Shown here: positions 30,326 through 39,500 of the stretch, piece after piece
How positions within the stretch are numbered: the first letter of the stretch is position 1
Layout of the letters: each line of letters opens with the position of its first letter
Assembly: GCA_963822405.1 (NCBI GenBank)
Contig: CAWGHH010000004.1
Span: 70,226 to 134,225 of the forward strand
Origin: Candidatus Uhrbacteria bacterium
GTDB lineage: Bacteria; Patescibacteriota; Patescibacteriia; UBA9934
Reading direction: 5' to 3'
Length of the DNA stretch: 64,000 nt
Translations under genes and position numbers: made by a program
Notes under the pieces: model-generated
Told to the model about the DNA's origin: nothing
Database searches by the model: none
Seen by the model: the letters and a program-made list of their open reading frames with translations, nothing else

Positions 30326-30814
30326 ATGAAAACAATTTCAAAGGCTAAGCCTGACTCTATGAACAAACTCACGGTCATCGGTCTCCTTATATTTGCCCTG
30401 GCATCCGTAGGCGGAAACGTTTTTCTTGGAGTGAAGTATTTCTCCGCACCAAAAGTAATCAGCGTGCTTGATGAAAATCAAAAAATTATTGCTGACGTGG
30501 GTAAACTCATGGAACTACCAACTGACGAGTTGCCGACTGTAGCTAAAGTCGACGATCCGCAGCAACTCATAGATCAAGGCGTGTTCACTAAAGTTCAAAA
30601 AGATGACACGGTGCTTATTTATCCAAAAGCTAAGCGAGCTATTCTTTACCGCCCAAGCACCAATAAAATTATCGAGGTGGCCACCGTGAATATCACTGAT
30701 ACACCACCAGCGGCTACGAACGGGTCGACGCTTGGGTCGACCCCAACGCCAACGACGCCACCGGCTCCCGCGCCAATCCCGGCACCTGCCCCAACACCCA
30801 CCCCTACGCCGTAG
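30326..30814 (+). CDS. Single-TM membrane protein, paralog of 47241-47933
   Basis: LPTDELP...AILYRPST.KII.VA shared with 47241-47933; Pro-rich tail. Confidence 0.8.
   Translation: MKTISKAKPDSMNKLTVIGLLIFALASVGGNVFLGVKYFSAPKVISVLDENQKIIADVGKLMELPTDELPTVAKVDDPQQLIDQGVFTKVQKDDTVLIYPKAKRAILYRPSTNKIIEVATVNITDTPPAATNGSTLGSTPTPTTPPAPAPIPAPAPTPTPTP
30721..30747 (-). repeat. Family 1, copy 7, in-frame
   Basis: cgggtcgac-gcttgg-gtcgaccccaac. Confidence 0.85.
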
Positions 30815-30856
30815 GCCCTTCTGGTGTACGGGCTTGGCGCCGCCAAGCCCTTACGT

Positions 30857-31831
30857 ATGATTACATCCAAACCAATCATTCTCTACGCGGCATTGATAGG
30901 CCTTCTTTTTGGCATGCCTTTTCAAGCGCTCGCCGGCACTCTCTCTTGCTCGGTAACAACCTCATGCCCAACGGGCACTGTGCTTTACCGCCTTTATGAT
31001 CCGAACGGCAATCACGCCGAGATGCCCAGCCAATCACTCTATACATATATGGTGTGCTGCACCGGCGTCGCTGGCCTGGGCAATAGCTGTGCTACTGGCG
31101 TGAACGCAGTTGTCGTCAAACTTTCGAGCACAACAAATGCACACATAGAACAAAACTCCCAGTCCAACTATTCCGGTAATGACGCCTGCTTATCAGTCGA
31201 TGCTGGTGGCTCGGTCTCGGTTGGTTATCAAGCCACTAATTGCAGCGGCTACGATACAACCATTGGCTCAATGACAGCGGTAACCAATAGCCACGTTGGG
31301 GATGGCGCCGCCTATGCCGTCAAAATCTGCGCGACCGCCCTACCGCCACAGACATTAACCTTCAACGTCTCAGATAACACGATCGGATTCGGAACACTTT
31401 CCGCAATTGTTCCCAGGTATGCAACGGGAGACGCCCAAGGGTCAGGCGCGGAAGTAGAAGCGCATACCTTAGCGATCAGTACATCAGCAGCAAACGGCTA
31501 CACGCTCACAATTAGAGGCACAACTCTTGCGGACGGTGGGAATGTCATAACCCCGATAGGCGGAACTAACACAGCCCCAATCCCCGGGTCAGAACAGTTC
31601 GGCTTAAGGCTAGTGGCAACTGGTGGATCAGGTACGGTAACTTCCCTGTATGGAGCTTCAGGATTTGCTTTCAATGCCACTGACTCTACTACCATCCAAG
31701 TAGCCACAGAGAATCCTGGAGATGAAGTGACCACCACATACTCAGCACGCTATCTTGCAAACATTACAAACACCACACAACCTGGAAGTTACGCAGCCAC
31801 ACTCACCTATATAGTAACGGGATCATTTTAA
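30857..31831 (+). CDS. Secreted protein, Cys-rich N-terminus plus WxL-like C-terminal domain
   Basis: Signal peptide; TLTFNVSDNTIGFGTLS...PGSEQFGLR...GSYAATLTYIVTGSF. Confidence 0.7.
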   Translation: MITSKPIILYAALIGLLFGMPFQALAGTLSCSVTTSCPTGTVLYRLYDPNGNHAEMPSQSLYTYMVCCTGVAGLGNSCATGVNAVVVKLSSTTNAHIEQNSQSNYSGNDACLSVDAGGSVSVGYQATNCSGYDTTIGSMTAVTNSHVGDGAAYAVKICATALPPQTLTFNVSDNTIGFGTLSAIVPRYATGDAQGSGAEVEAHTLAISTSAANGYTLTIRGTTLADGGNVITPIGGTNTAPIPGSEQFGLRLVATGGSGTVTSLYGASGFAFNATDSTTIQVATENPGDEVTTTYSARYLANITNTTQPGSYAATLTYIVTGSF

Positions 31832-31944
31832 TTTTTTCCGTACGTATCGTAAGAATGTTATAAACAACCCGCCTTATATTTTACTAACATAAATTATTTG
31901 AGTGCTATAATGCTAAGTATTAATTACCAGGATACAATATTGAT

Positions 31945-33075
31945 ATGCGCACACCGTCATTTAAAAAAAGTTTTAGGTCTGGTGTCAGCCTTATAGTGGC
32001 GACTACCGCCATGATCGCCGGACCGCTTCTCCAGATTGGCGCACTTACTCAATACGCACACGCCGCTACCCTCACCACAATGTCAGATACCATGACTGAT
32101 CAGGCTCCATCAGCAGAATCAACCCATACGATCAAATGGACAACGGCCGGCCAAAACGTAACCGGAGACACTGTGATTATTGATTTCGTTGCGGCAGACT
32201 TCGTTCCCTCGGGAACATGGGCTACTACGGACTTCGCCCTTACTGACATTGGCGGGGGTCGCACAGCTACCGCTCCTGTATCTGTTGGCACTTACCTAAT
32301 CCCAGGAACATGTTCCTCCGGCGCAACTAATTATATTGTTGATGTTGATGCCACGAGCGGTTCATTCCGCATCACATTTTGTGCCGGCTGGACCGCAAGC
32401 ACGGCCGCTAACCTAACCACCTTCGTGATCGATGCCGATGCTCTGGCGACCGGCGGTATCATGACAAACAGTGCATCGAACGTTGAATCATCAGTAGTGA
32501 ACATTGCCTACGCTACTTCCAACTCAGACAGTGGTATGTTGGCCATCGTCGTTGAATCACTGGCAAACGTAAACATCACTGCCACGGCTGCCGTTGGACC
32601 AACACTCACTTTTAACGTCAGCGACAACACAATTGGCTTTGGAACGCTAAGTTCAGTGGCCGCTAGATACGCTTCGCCTGATACGCTTGGAAGTGCCCTC
32701 TCCACAACCGTCGCGCACACATTCTACGTTGATACTAACGCGACCGGCGGATATATTGTCACATTCAAAGGGGCTACACTAACATCCGGTGGTAACACCA
32801 TCACTGCGATCGGCAGTTCGAACACCGCATCCACCCCAGGAACAGAACAGTTCGGACTGCGGGCTACGGTAGCCAGCGGTAGCGGAACAGTAACGGCTCC
32901 GTATGCAGCGGCTGGATTTGCCTTCACGGCAGGTACCACACAACCAGTAGCGTCATACACCGGAGTTGATGCAGGCACTACTTTTAACGCCATTTATCTG
33001 GCCAACATCACCGGTGCCACGGAAGCCGGTGCTTACTCAACAACCTTGAAATACATTGCTACCGGAACTTTTTAA
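31945..33075 (+). CDS. Secreted protein with WxL-like C-terminal domain (paralog of previous gene)
   Basis: AHA-A signal; TLTFNVSDNTIGFGTLS...PGTEQFGLR...GAYSTTLKYIATGTF. Confidence 0.7.
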   Translation: MRTPSFKKSFRSGVSLIVATTAMIAGPLLQIGALTQYAHAATLTTMSDTMTDQAPSAESTHTIKWTTAGQNVTGDTVIIDFVAADFVPSGTWATTDFALTDIGGGRTATAPVSVGTYLIPGTCSSGATNYIVDVDATSGSFRITFCAGWTASTAANLTTFVIDADALATGGIMTNSASNVESSVVNIAYATSNSDSGMLAIVVESLANVNITATAAVGPTLTFNVSDNTIGFGTLSSVAARYASPDTLGSALSTTVAHTFYVDTNATGGYIVTFKGATLTSGGNTITAIGSSNTASTPGTEQFGLRATVASGSGTVTAPYAAAGFAFTAGTTQPVASYTGVDAGTTFNAIYLANITGATEAGAYSTTLKYIATGTF

Positions 33076-33086
33076 GCAATTAACTG

Positions 33087-33115
33087 AAAATACCGCCGAA
33101 AAGGCGGTATTTTTT
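33087..33115 (+). terminator. Intrinsic terminator
   Basis: aaaataccgcc-gaaa-aggcggtatttttt. Confidence 0.75.
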
Positions 33116-33184
33116 ATACACAGAATTTCACAAATTCATCATAGACACGAGCCGTCATACCTGAGAAAATGCAACTTAGAACAT

Positions 33185-34177
33185 ATGAAATACCTGTCTC
33201 TCAGCTTTCTCGGTGCGTTACTCGGCCTCTGTCTGTCAGTACAAAGCGCATTCGCAATTACCGTATCTCCAGTGAAAATAGAGGTGTCTGGGGATCCTGG
33301 ACATGCAGTTACCGGAGAACTAGAGCTGTTCAACGGCGAAAAAAATGCCGTAACTCTCTACTCATCTTTTGAAAAATTTGAAGCCCAAGGAGAAACCGGC
33401 AACCCTGTCTTCACCCCCGGAACGGAAGATCTTAGTACGTGGATTCAAGTCACTCCCAGTATCACTCTCCAGCCGATGGACCGAGTAAAGCTCCCCTTCC
33501 GTATCACCATCCCGGCTGACGCCACCCCAGGCGGACACTTTGCAGCAATATTCTGGAATAATGCGCCACCAACTGACTTACAGAATAGCGAGGTGAGAGT
33601 CGGTTCTAAAATTGGCATATTAGTCTTACTGAAAGTTTCCGGGGAAGTAACTGAATCTGGTAATTTCATTGGATTTGGCACTGAAAATGATCAAACATTT
33701 TTCACCTCGCCTCCAGTAAATTTCTGGTATCGATTTCAAAATGCCGGTTCAGATCGGGTGAAACCAACTGGAACTATTCTTATCAAGAATACTTTCGGCC
33801 TAAAGGCTACTGAATTCAACGCTAACCCAACAGATGGCAACGTGCTACCGCAAAGCATTCGTCGATTAACAGCTTCGTGGCTAGAAAAAGATCACTGGGA
33901 TAATGTAGTAAAAATACCAGACGATAAAAGCTTTCTATCGCTCGCGTCCTACGAATTACAGCATTTTCATTTCGGTCGCTTTACCGCCCACCTCAATCTT
34001 GAGTATGGCACCGAAGGAAAGATAGCTTACGCAAAAGTCTCTTTCCTGATGATTCCATGGCATGCGCTCATCATAGTCATTCCCACGCTCTTCATCATCT
34101 TTATTCTTGGTATAATCTTCTTGAAGCGGTATAACCGTTGGATTATTCGCCAAGCAAATGCGAAAACGCAGGGTTAA
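33185..34177 (+). CDS. DUF916/WxL-interacting-like protein with C-terminal TM anchor
   Basis: Signal; ITVSPVKIE, IPADATPGGHFAAIF, FQNAGSDRVKPTG; C-terminal TM plus basic tail. Confidence 0.65.
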   Translation: MKYLSLSFLGALLGLCLSVQSAFAITVSPVKIEVSGDPGHAVTGELELFNGEKNAVTLYSSFEKFEAQGETGNPVFTPGTEDLSTWIQVTPSITLQPMDRVKLPFRITIPADATPGGHFAAIFWNNAPPTDLQNSEVRVGSKIGILVLLKVSGEVTESGNFIGFGTENDQTFFTSPPVNFWYRFQNAGSDRVKPTGTILIKNTFGLKATEFNANPTDGNVLPQSIRRLTASWLEKDHWDNVVKIPDDKSFLSLASYELQHFHFGRFTAHLNLEYGTEGKIAYAKVSFLMIPWHALIIVIPTLFIIFILGIIFLKRYNRWIIRQANAKTQG

Positions 34178-35228
34178 TCACAAGCATAAAGGACTTCTCG
34201 TCATCGCTCTCGCCGCCTTATTATTAGCGGCGGGAGTTTGGCATCTTGTCGAGTTAACCCGCGCTGATCCACCACCAGTCGAAATAGATGTCACAATTTC
34301 AACTATGGTTCTTGGCTGCGGCGACGGCATAGTCGAGCTAGGCGAAGATTGTGACGGAACAGAGATGAACGGACACACCTGCGCAACAGAGGGCTTCTTA
34401 TACGGCTCTATCAGCTGTCAGGCTAGTTGCGTAGTCCAAACCTCAGCCTGCACTATGGCCACACCAAGTGGAGGAGGTTCTACACCAGTCGTCCCGGTCT
34501 CCTCGACCAAAGAAATATTTACGGGTTACGCATCTCCGGAAAGTACCGTAAACATCTTTAAAGATGGTATTGTCGTCGCTACCGTTACAACAGATGCAAC
34601 CGGAGTATTTTTCGCCCAAATCAATAATGTGACAAATGGTAATTACATATTCGGTTTTCTAGCGACTGATGCTTCCGGCAACGCTTCTGCCTTTTCTACC
34701 CTAAATATTACGGCCAGTGGAGGAATTGCTACGAATGTAGATATGCTACTTTCGCCAATAATGGTTCCGATGATATCGCCTGGGACAACCGGAAATTCAG
34801 TCATGATGTCAGGCAGTACCGCTCCCAATGCTAGTGTAAAAGTATCGCTGTATTCACCGCTAGGAATATCGCTATCGAATCAGACCGTGTCAGCCGATGA
34901 CCAGGGGCTCTACATGGCAATGTTCGATGCATCTTTGTTAACTACGGATGGAGTCTATACAGATATTGATCAAGCATCACTGGGCACACTAACTAGCGAC
35001 TTCAGTCTCCCTGGCCTATTTACCGTTGGTGCCCCTGTCCCTCTCTACATGCCCGGTGACTATGACGAAAACTTGAGAGTAAATTTGGTCGACTTTTCGA
35101 TTGCCATGTACTGGTACAAATGGCCACTAACCGACGCTTTCAAAATTCTTGAACTTCGACACGGCAATGGAGACGGTCTCTTGAACTTGATCGACATCAG
35201 CATTATGGCTTACTGGTGGACTGGATAA
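34158..35228 (+). CDS. Surface protein: Cys-rich repeat, two Ig-like domains, C-terminal dockerin-like domain
   Basis: CGDGIVELGEDCDG; GDYDENLRVNLVDFSI and NGDGLLNLIDISI duplicated EF-loop motifs. Confidence 0.7.
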   Translation: MRKRRVNHKHKGLLVIALAALLLAAGVWHLVELTRADPPPVEIDVTISTMVLGCGDGIVELGEDCDGTEMNGHTCATEGFLYGSISCQASCVVQTSACTMATPSGGGSTPVVPVSSTKEIFTGYASPESTVNIFKDGIVVATVTTDATGVFFAQINNVTNGNYIFGFLATDASGNASAFSTLNITASGGIATNVDMLLSPIMVPMISPGTTGNSVMMSGSTAPNASVKVSLYSPLGISLSNQTVSADDQGLYMAMFDASLLTTDGVYTDIDQASLGTLTSDFSLPGLFTVGAPVPLYMPGDYDENLRVNLVDFSIAMYWYKWPLTDAFKILELRHGNGDGLLNLIDISIMAYWWTG

Positions 35229-35232
35229 TTCT

Positions 35233-36141
35233 ATGCACTCCCCTGCAAAAAAAATTATCGTCATCATCGTTTCACTCACCGCTCTTCTGGCGCCGCATTT
35301 ACTTTTCGCTGCCCAGGTTACCGTATTGCCGGGAAGTAAAGCGGTCATTCAAACGGCCGAATTTCAAACTGACGTCACAATCGATACTAATGGCGAATCA
35401 ATTAATGTCTTTTCGGGAAAAATTGTTTTTCCGAGTGATATTGTCGAACTAAAAGAAATTCGAAGTGGCAACTCAATAGTAAATTATTGGGTCGAGGAAC
35501 CAAAAAATGTGAACGGCGAAATCGCCTTCGCCGGCATGACGCCTGGAGGCTACAACGGCAATCACGGGGTAATCTTTTCACTCATCTTCACCGCTACTGC
35601 CCAAGGTCAAGGGAGTATAGTCGTTAAAGACCCACTGTTCCTAAAGAACGACGGCAAAGGAACCTCGGCTAACATCAATATCAGCAATTCGATCCTCACC
35701 GTTCTTGCGCCAGACCAAAGACGGAACATCGTCGTCCCGCCAATTACTGATACAACGCCACCTGAACTCTTCGCCCCGGAAATTTCACGCTCCCCGTCAA
35801 TCTTAAACAATGCTTGGCTACTATTCTTCAGCGCGCAAGACAAAGGATCTGGCATTGGTCACTATGAAATTCAAGAATATCAAAACGGCCTATTCAGCTT
35901 CTTCGCCCCATGGCAGATAGCGTCAAGCCCGTACTTGCTCAAAGATCAATCGGCCAGCAGCCAACTCAATGTTCGTGCAATAGATAAATCGGGAAACATT
36001 CGCACCGTTCATGTCTCGCCCCTTCATGCGCCGGTTTGGTACCTCAATATAATAAATTGGTTCGTTGTTATTGGTATACTGGCGCTGATCGTTACCCTGA
36101 AAACGGTACTATGGCGAAAGCGTGGAAAAATTTCCTCTTAG
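35233..36141 (+). CDS. Cohesin-like domain protein with C-terminal TM
   Basis: IDTNGESINVFSGKIVFP...SIVNYWVEEP; DTTPPE..F.AQDKGSGIGHYE. Confidence 0.7.
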   Translation: MHSPAKKIIVIIVSLTALLAPHLLFAAQVTVLPGSKAVIQTAEFQTDVTIDTNGESINVFSGKIVFPSDIVELKEIRSGNSIVNYWVEEPKNVNGEIAFAGMTPGGYNGNHGVIFSLIFTATAQGQGSIVVKDPLFLKNDGKGTSANINISNSILTVLAPDQRRNIVVPPITDTTPPELFAPEISRSPSILNNAWLLFFSAQDKGSGIGHYEIQEYQNGLFSFFAPWQIASSPYLLKDQSASSQLNVRAIDKSGNIRTVHVSPLHAPVWYLNIINWFVVIGILALIVTLKTVLWRKRGKISS

Positions 36142-37238
36142 GTTTTACCGCGCTCTTATTTTTCTTGCTCGGCACGTTACCGAATACTAGCCAAGCAGCT
36201 GGCTTCTTGTTTTCGCCGTCATCCGGCACAGGAACTGTCGGCGTTCCGCTAACTGTTACCGCAATCCTGAACACAAACGGCGTCATTGCGAACGCGGCTG
36301 ATGCGTCTATTTCATTTCCGCCTAGCTTACTGAATGTTTCTTCTGTTTCAAAAACTGGCTCCGTCATGGCGCTCTGGATCCTCGATCCTACGTTCTCCAA
36401 CAGCACCGGAGAAATCACTTTCACCGGTGGCACGCCTCGTCCTGGTTTCAGCGGCTCATCGCTCACTCTCGCTACCATCACCTTTATCCCAAAGGCCGCA
36501 GGAACAGCCACCATCTCTTTCACGGGAGTATCCGTCTTATCAGGCGACGGCCTAGCAACTGAGCTCTTAAACAGCCTCGGATCCGCAACATTCGTGATCA
36601 ACGCTGCGCCACCTCCCCCGCCACCACCTCCGCCGGTAGTCGTAGTCCCGCCACCAGCACCACCGCCAGTAATCATTTACGTTCCAGTTCCAGCAGTAAC
36701 TCCGCCAGCTCCGCCACCAGCTCCCCCAGCCCCACCTCCAGAACCCGTAGTCTGTCCACCAACGGGCACGGGCTATGTGCCACCGTCGACAATACCGACC
36801 GAACCACCGATTGCTCCAATAGAAATACCCGCCCCACCTACAGTGGCCGAGTTAGTAAATCTTGTTCCAACCTCAATCCCAGAACTAATTACTACGCCCG
36901 CGCAAATTTCGGCTTCATTTGATAGCGCAGCCACGGCCATGAGCAACATAGTCGGTAAAACAATAACTAGGTTCCTACAACCGGCACCGGTTGCACCAAT
37001 CGTGGACAAACAAGGCAACCTCCAATGTCCAGCCGCCTCAGCTATCACTATAACTCCCCCATCAGATGGTGGTTGGTTAGCATATCTTATTGCCGGACTC
37101 GCCGGTATCATCATCGGCTACCTCCTCAGAGAGTTGATCGAAAAGAAAAAGAAACGCAAAGAGCTTAAAGCCAAACCTACTCAGCCAAAAATCGTTCCGC
37201 CTCCAAAGCCGCCATACATCCCGTTCCCGCCGCGGTAA
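36111..37238 (+). CDS. Cohesin-like domain protein with Pro-rich linker and C-terminal TM
   Basis: LNTNGVIANAADASISFP...SVMALWILDPTFSN..GEITFTGG; poly-Pro; TM plus KKKKRK. Confidence 0.7.
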   Translation: MAKAWKNFLLGFTALLFFLLGTLPNTSQAAGFLFSPSSGTGTVGVPLTVTAILNTNGVIANAADASISFPPSLLNVSSVSKTGSVMALWILDPTFSNSTGEITFTGGTPRPGFSGSSLTLATITFIPKAAGTATISFTGVSVLSGDGLATELLNSLGSATFVINAAPPPPPPPPPVVVVPPPAPPPVIIYVPVPAVTPPAPPPAPPAPPPEPVVCPPTGTGYVPPSTIPTEPPIAPIEIPAPPTVAELVNLVPTSIPELITTPAQISASFDSAATAMSNIVGKTITRFLQPAPVAPIVDKQGNLQCPAASAITITPPSDGGWLAYLIAGLAGIIIGYLLRELIEKKKKRKELKAKPTQPKIVPPPKPPYIPFPPR

Positions 37239-38097
37239 TCGCTTGACGGTAGTGCGGATCCATAACATCCCCACAAGCAAACACGCCGGGGATGTTTGTT
37301 TTTGTAGATTTGCCTTCCGTCACAATATAGCCCTTTTGGTCGAGGGTGATCGAATTCGTGAATAATTCAGTATTCGGCTTGTGACCAATCGCGACAAATA
37401 ATCCTTGAGTCGCAAACTCGCTCATCTCACCCGTCTTCGTGTTCTTCAGTTTTAATGCACGAATACTTGCATCGCCGAGTACTTCTTCGACCGTCGAATC
37501 CATCAAAAATGAAATCTTCGGATTATTCTTCGCGCGGTCAAGCATGATTTTCGAGGCTCTAAAAGATTCGCTCCGGTGAATAATCGTAATCTTGCTCGCA
37601 AACCGGGACAAAAAGTTAGCCTCTTCCATAGCGCTGTCTCCCCCGCCAACTACGACAATTTCTTTACCGCGGAAAAAGAATCCGTCACATGTTGCACACG
37701 CAGAAACACCCTTGCCCTGGAATTCTTTTTCGCCAACACAACCAATCCACTTCGCACTCGCGCCCGTCGAAATAATGATCGAGTCCGTGGTTATTTCTTT
37801 GCCGTTTTCGCTCTTGATGGCATATGGCCTGGTCGAAAAGTCCACCGAGGTGACAACATCTTGAAAAACTTCTGTTCCAAATTTCTCCGCCTGCTTCTTC
37901 AGCTTGTCCATGAGCTCGACGCCCAAAACTCCGTTTGGTTCCCCCGGCCAGTTCTCAACTTCACTCGTCAGCATTAATTGTCCCCCGGGTTCGCGCCCCG
38001 CAAACAACACCGGCTTCAACATGGCTCGCGCCGCATAAATCGCCGCCGTGTAACCAGCAGGTCCCGAACCAATGATAACAAGAGAGTGGTGATTCAT
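37177..38097 (-). CDS. trxB: Thioredoxin reductase
   Basis: GSGPAG, CATCDG, GGGDSA, YRQAITAAG. Confidence 0.97.
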   Translation of the reverse strand: MNHHSLVIIGSGPAGYTAAIYAARAMLKPVLFAGREPGGQLMLTSEVENWPGEPNGVLGVELMDKLKKQAEKFGTEVFQDVVTSVDFSTRPYAIKSENGKEITTDSIIISTGASAKWIGCVGEKEFQGKGVSACATCDGFFFRGKEIVVVGGGDSAMEEANFLSRFASKITIIHRSESFRASKIMLDRAKNNPKISFLMDSTVEEVLGDASIRALKLKNTKTGEMSEFATQGLFVAIGHKPNTELFTNSITLDQKGYIVTEGKSTKTNIPGVFACGDVMDPHYRQAITAAGTGCMAALEAERFLAE

Positions 38098-38161
38098 AGT
38101 TGCCAAAGTCTAGCACGCCCTCCTCGAACAACAAACTACAAAATACACACACCTCAAAACT

Positions 38162-38194
38162 AAACCGCCCCAGGTCATTAAGACCCGAGGCGGA
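38162..38194 (-). terminator. Intrinsic terminator
   Basis: ccgcctcgggtc-ttaat-gacctggggcgg-ttt on minus strand. Confidence 0.55.
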
Positions 38195-38210
38195 GGACGA
38201 GAGAGAACGA

Positions 38211-39086
38211 TCAGCCGGTCATGAGCGACCAGGCGTAGAGGCTGGACGGGTGATCCTGGTAGTCCCAATTGATCATGGCACCGTAGATGCCTTCCCGCGG
38301 ACCGGCCAGGATAAAGCCGGTAACGGTGCGGAAGTCGTTGGAGCCAGGATAGAACCCGCGGAACCACGTACGGCTGTCGGAGTCGGTCTGCAGCGCGACC
38401 AAGCGGAGCTTGATCTCAGCTCCACCCTGGTACGGAAACACTTCCCGCACATCTTCGAGCTTCTCGCGCCGGATGACGGACAAACGCTCTTTGTGAGGTA
38501 CCCGGCTGGTCTGAAGCGCACAGTTCGGAAGTGTAATCGCCGGTTGCCCGGTGATGTAGTGGAGCGAACACGTGTTGTTCGCGAGAGATCCTCGCTGGTC
38601 GAACGGCGTGCTGATCACCTCCTTCCCCGGACCGTTGCGCTGGGCAGGAACGAGAGCATCCCAGGCATAGTCGATCGGCGGTTCTCCCCGATGATCCCAC
38701 ACTGTCACTACGCCATACGGGTACGCCTGCTCCTTCTTCAGGTAGAGAAACCCGCTCACCAGGTTGCGCTGTTCGCTGTAGGACGTGTAGCCCTCAAAGT
38801 GCACCACACCCGCTACTCGGTTCACGCGCACCTTCGTGATGTGCGCGTTGAGCACGGTCCACTGGAAGTCAAACCGTCTCGGCTCCACGGAAGAACGCGT
38901 CATGGGATTCGTGTAGCGCTCCATCTGCGGCGCTGTTGCATGGCGCATGTGCGCAAGGTTGAGGTCAAAGCTCAGCCGCTCCGACACTCCGTCAACATTA
39001 CCGATGAGGGCGAGGAACTCCGCGAAATTCTCCACCGTACGAATAACAGACACACACCCAGCAGCCCGATCAAGAACCTGTGACAT
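38211..39086 (-). CDS. Orphan hypothetical protein
   Basis: Long GC-rich ORF; GGAGG SD before MSQVL; terminator downstream. Confidence 0.7.
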   Translation of the reverse strand: MSQVLDRAAGCVSVIRTVENFAEFLALIGNVDGVSERLSFDLNLAHMRHATAPQMERYTNPMTRSSVEPRRFDFQWTVLNAHITKVRVNRVAGVVHFEGYTSYSEQRNLVSGFLYLKKEQAYPYGVVTVWDHRGEPPIDYAWDALVPAQRNGPGKEVISTPFDQRGSLANNTCSLHYITGQPAITLPNCALQTSRVPHKERLSVIRREKLEDVREVFPYQGGAEIKLRLVALQTDSDSRTWFRGFYPGSNDFRTVTGFILAGPREGIYGAMINWDYQDHPSSLYAWSLMTG

Positions 39087-39184
39087 GAAACCTCCAACAG
39101 TGAACGTGAACCGTGGCATTAGATATGAAAAAGTAGTTTTCGTCAACCAAAAACGCCCCTTTCGGGGCGCCATTGGCAATCAAA

Positions 39185-39496
39185 CTAACCAATAATCTGC
39201 TTAACTCTTTCCTTGAATGTTTCTTTGCTCATCGCTCCAGAGAATCTGCCAACTTCGCTTCCGCCCTTCATAACTACGAAGGTAGGAATCGACAAGACAT
39301 TGAAACGCATGGCCAGCTCCTGAGCATCATCTACGTTTACTTTAGCGAATGATACTTCAGTCATCTCGTTGCTCAGCTCCTCGATCATTGGGCCCATCAA
39401 GCGACACGGTCCGCACCAAGTAGCCCAGAAGTCGACAACTACAGGAGTTGTAGATTGAGTGATCTGTGAATCGAAGTTTGCGGTTGTAAGATCCAT
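39185..39496 (-). CDS. trxA: Thioredoxin
   Basis: WCGPC. Confidence 0.96.
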   Translation of the reverse strand: MDLTTANFDSQITQSTTPVVVDFWATWCGPCRLMGPMIEELSNEMTEVSFAKVNVDDAQELAMRFNVLSIPTFVVMKGGSEVGRFSGAMSKETFKERVKQIIG

Positions 39497-39500
39497 AATT

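Noticed and set aside
38100-39083. 327-aa + strand ORF (and similar shadows 4381-5181, 14660-15436, 50124-51203)
   Set aside because: Antisense shadows of minus-strand genes that have better SD, terminator or motif support
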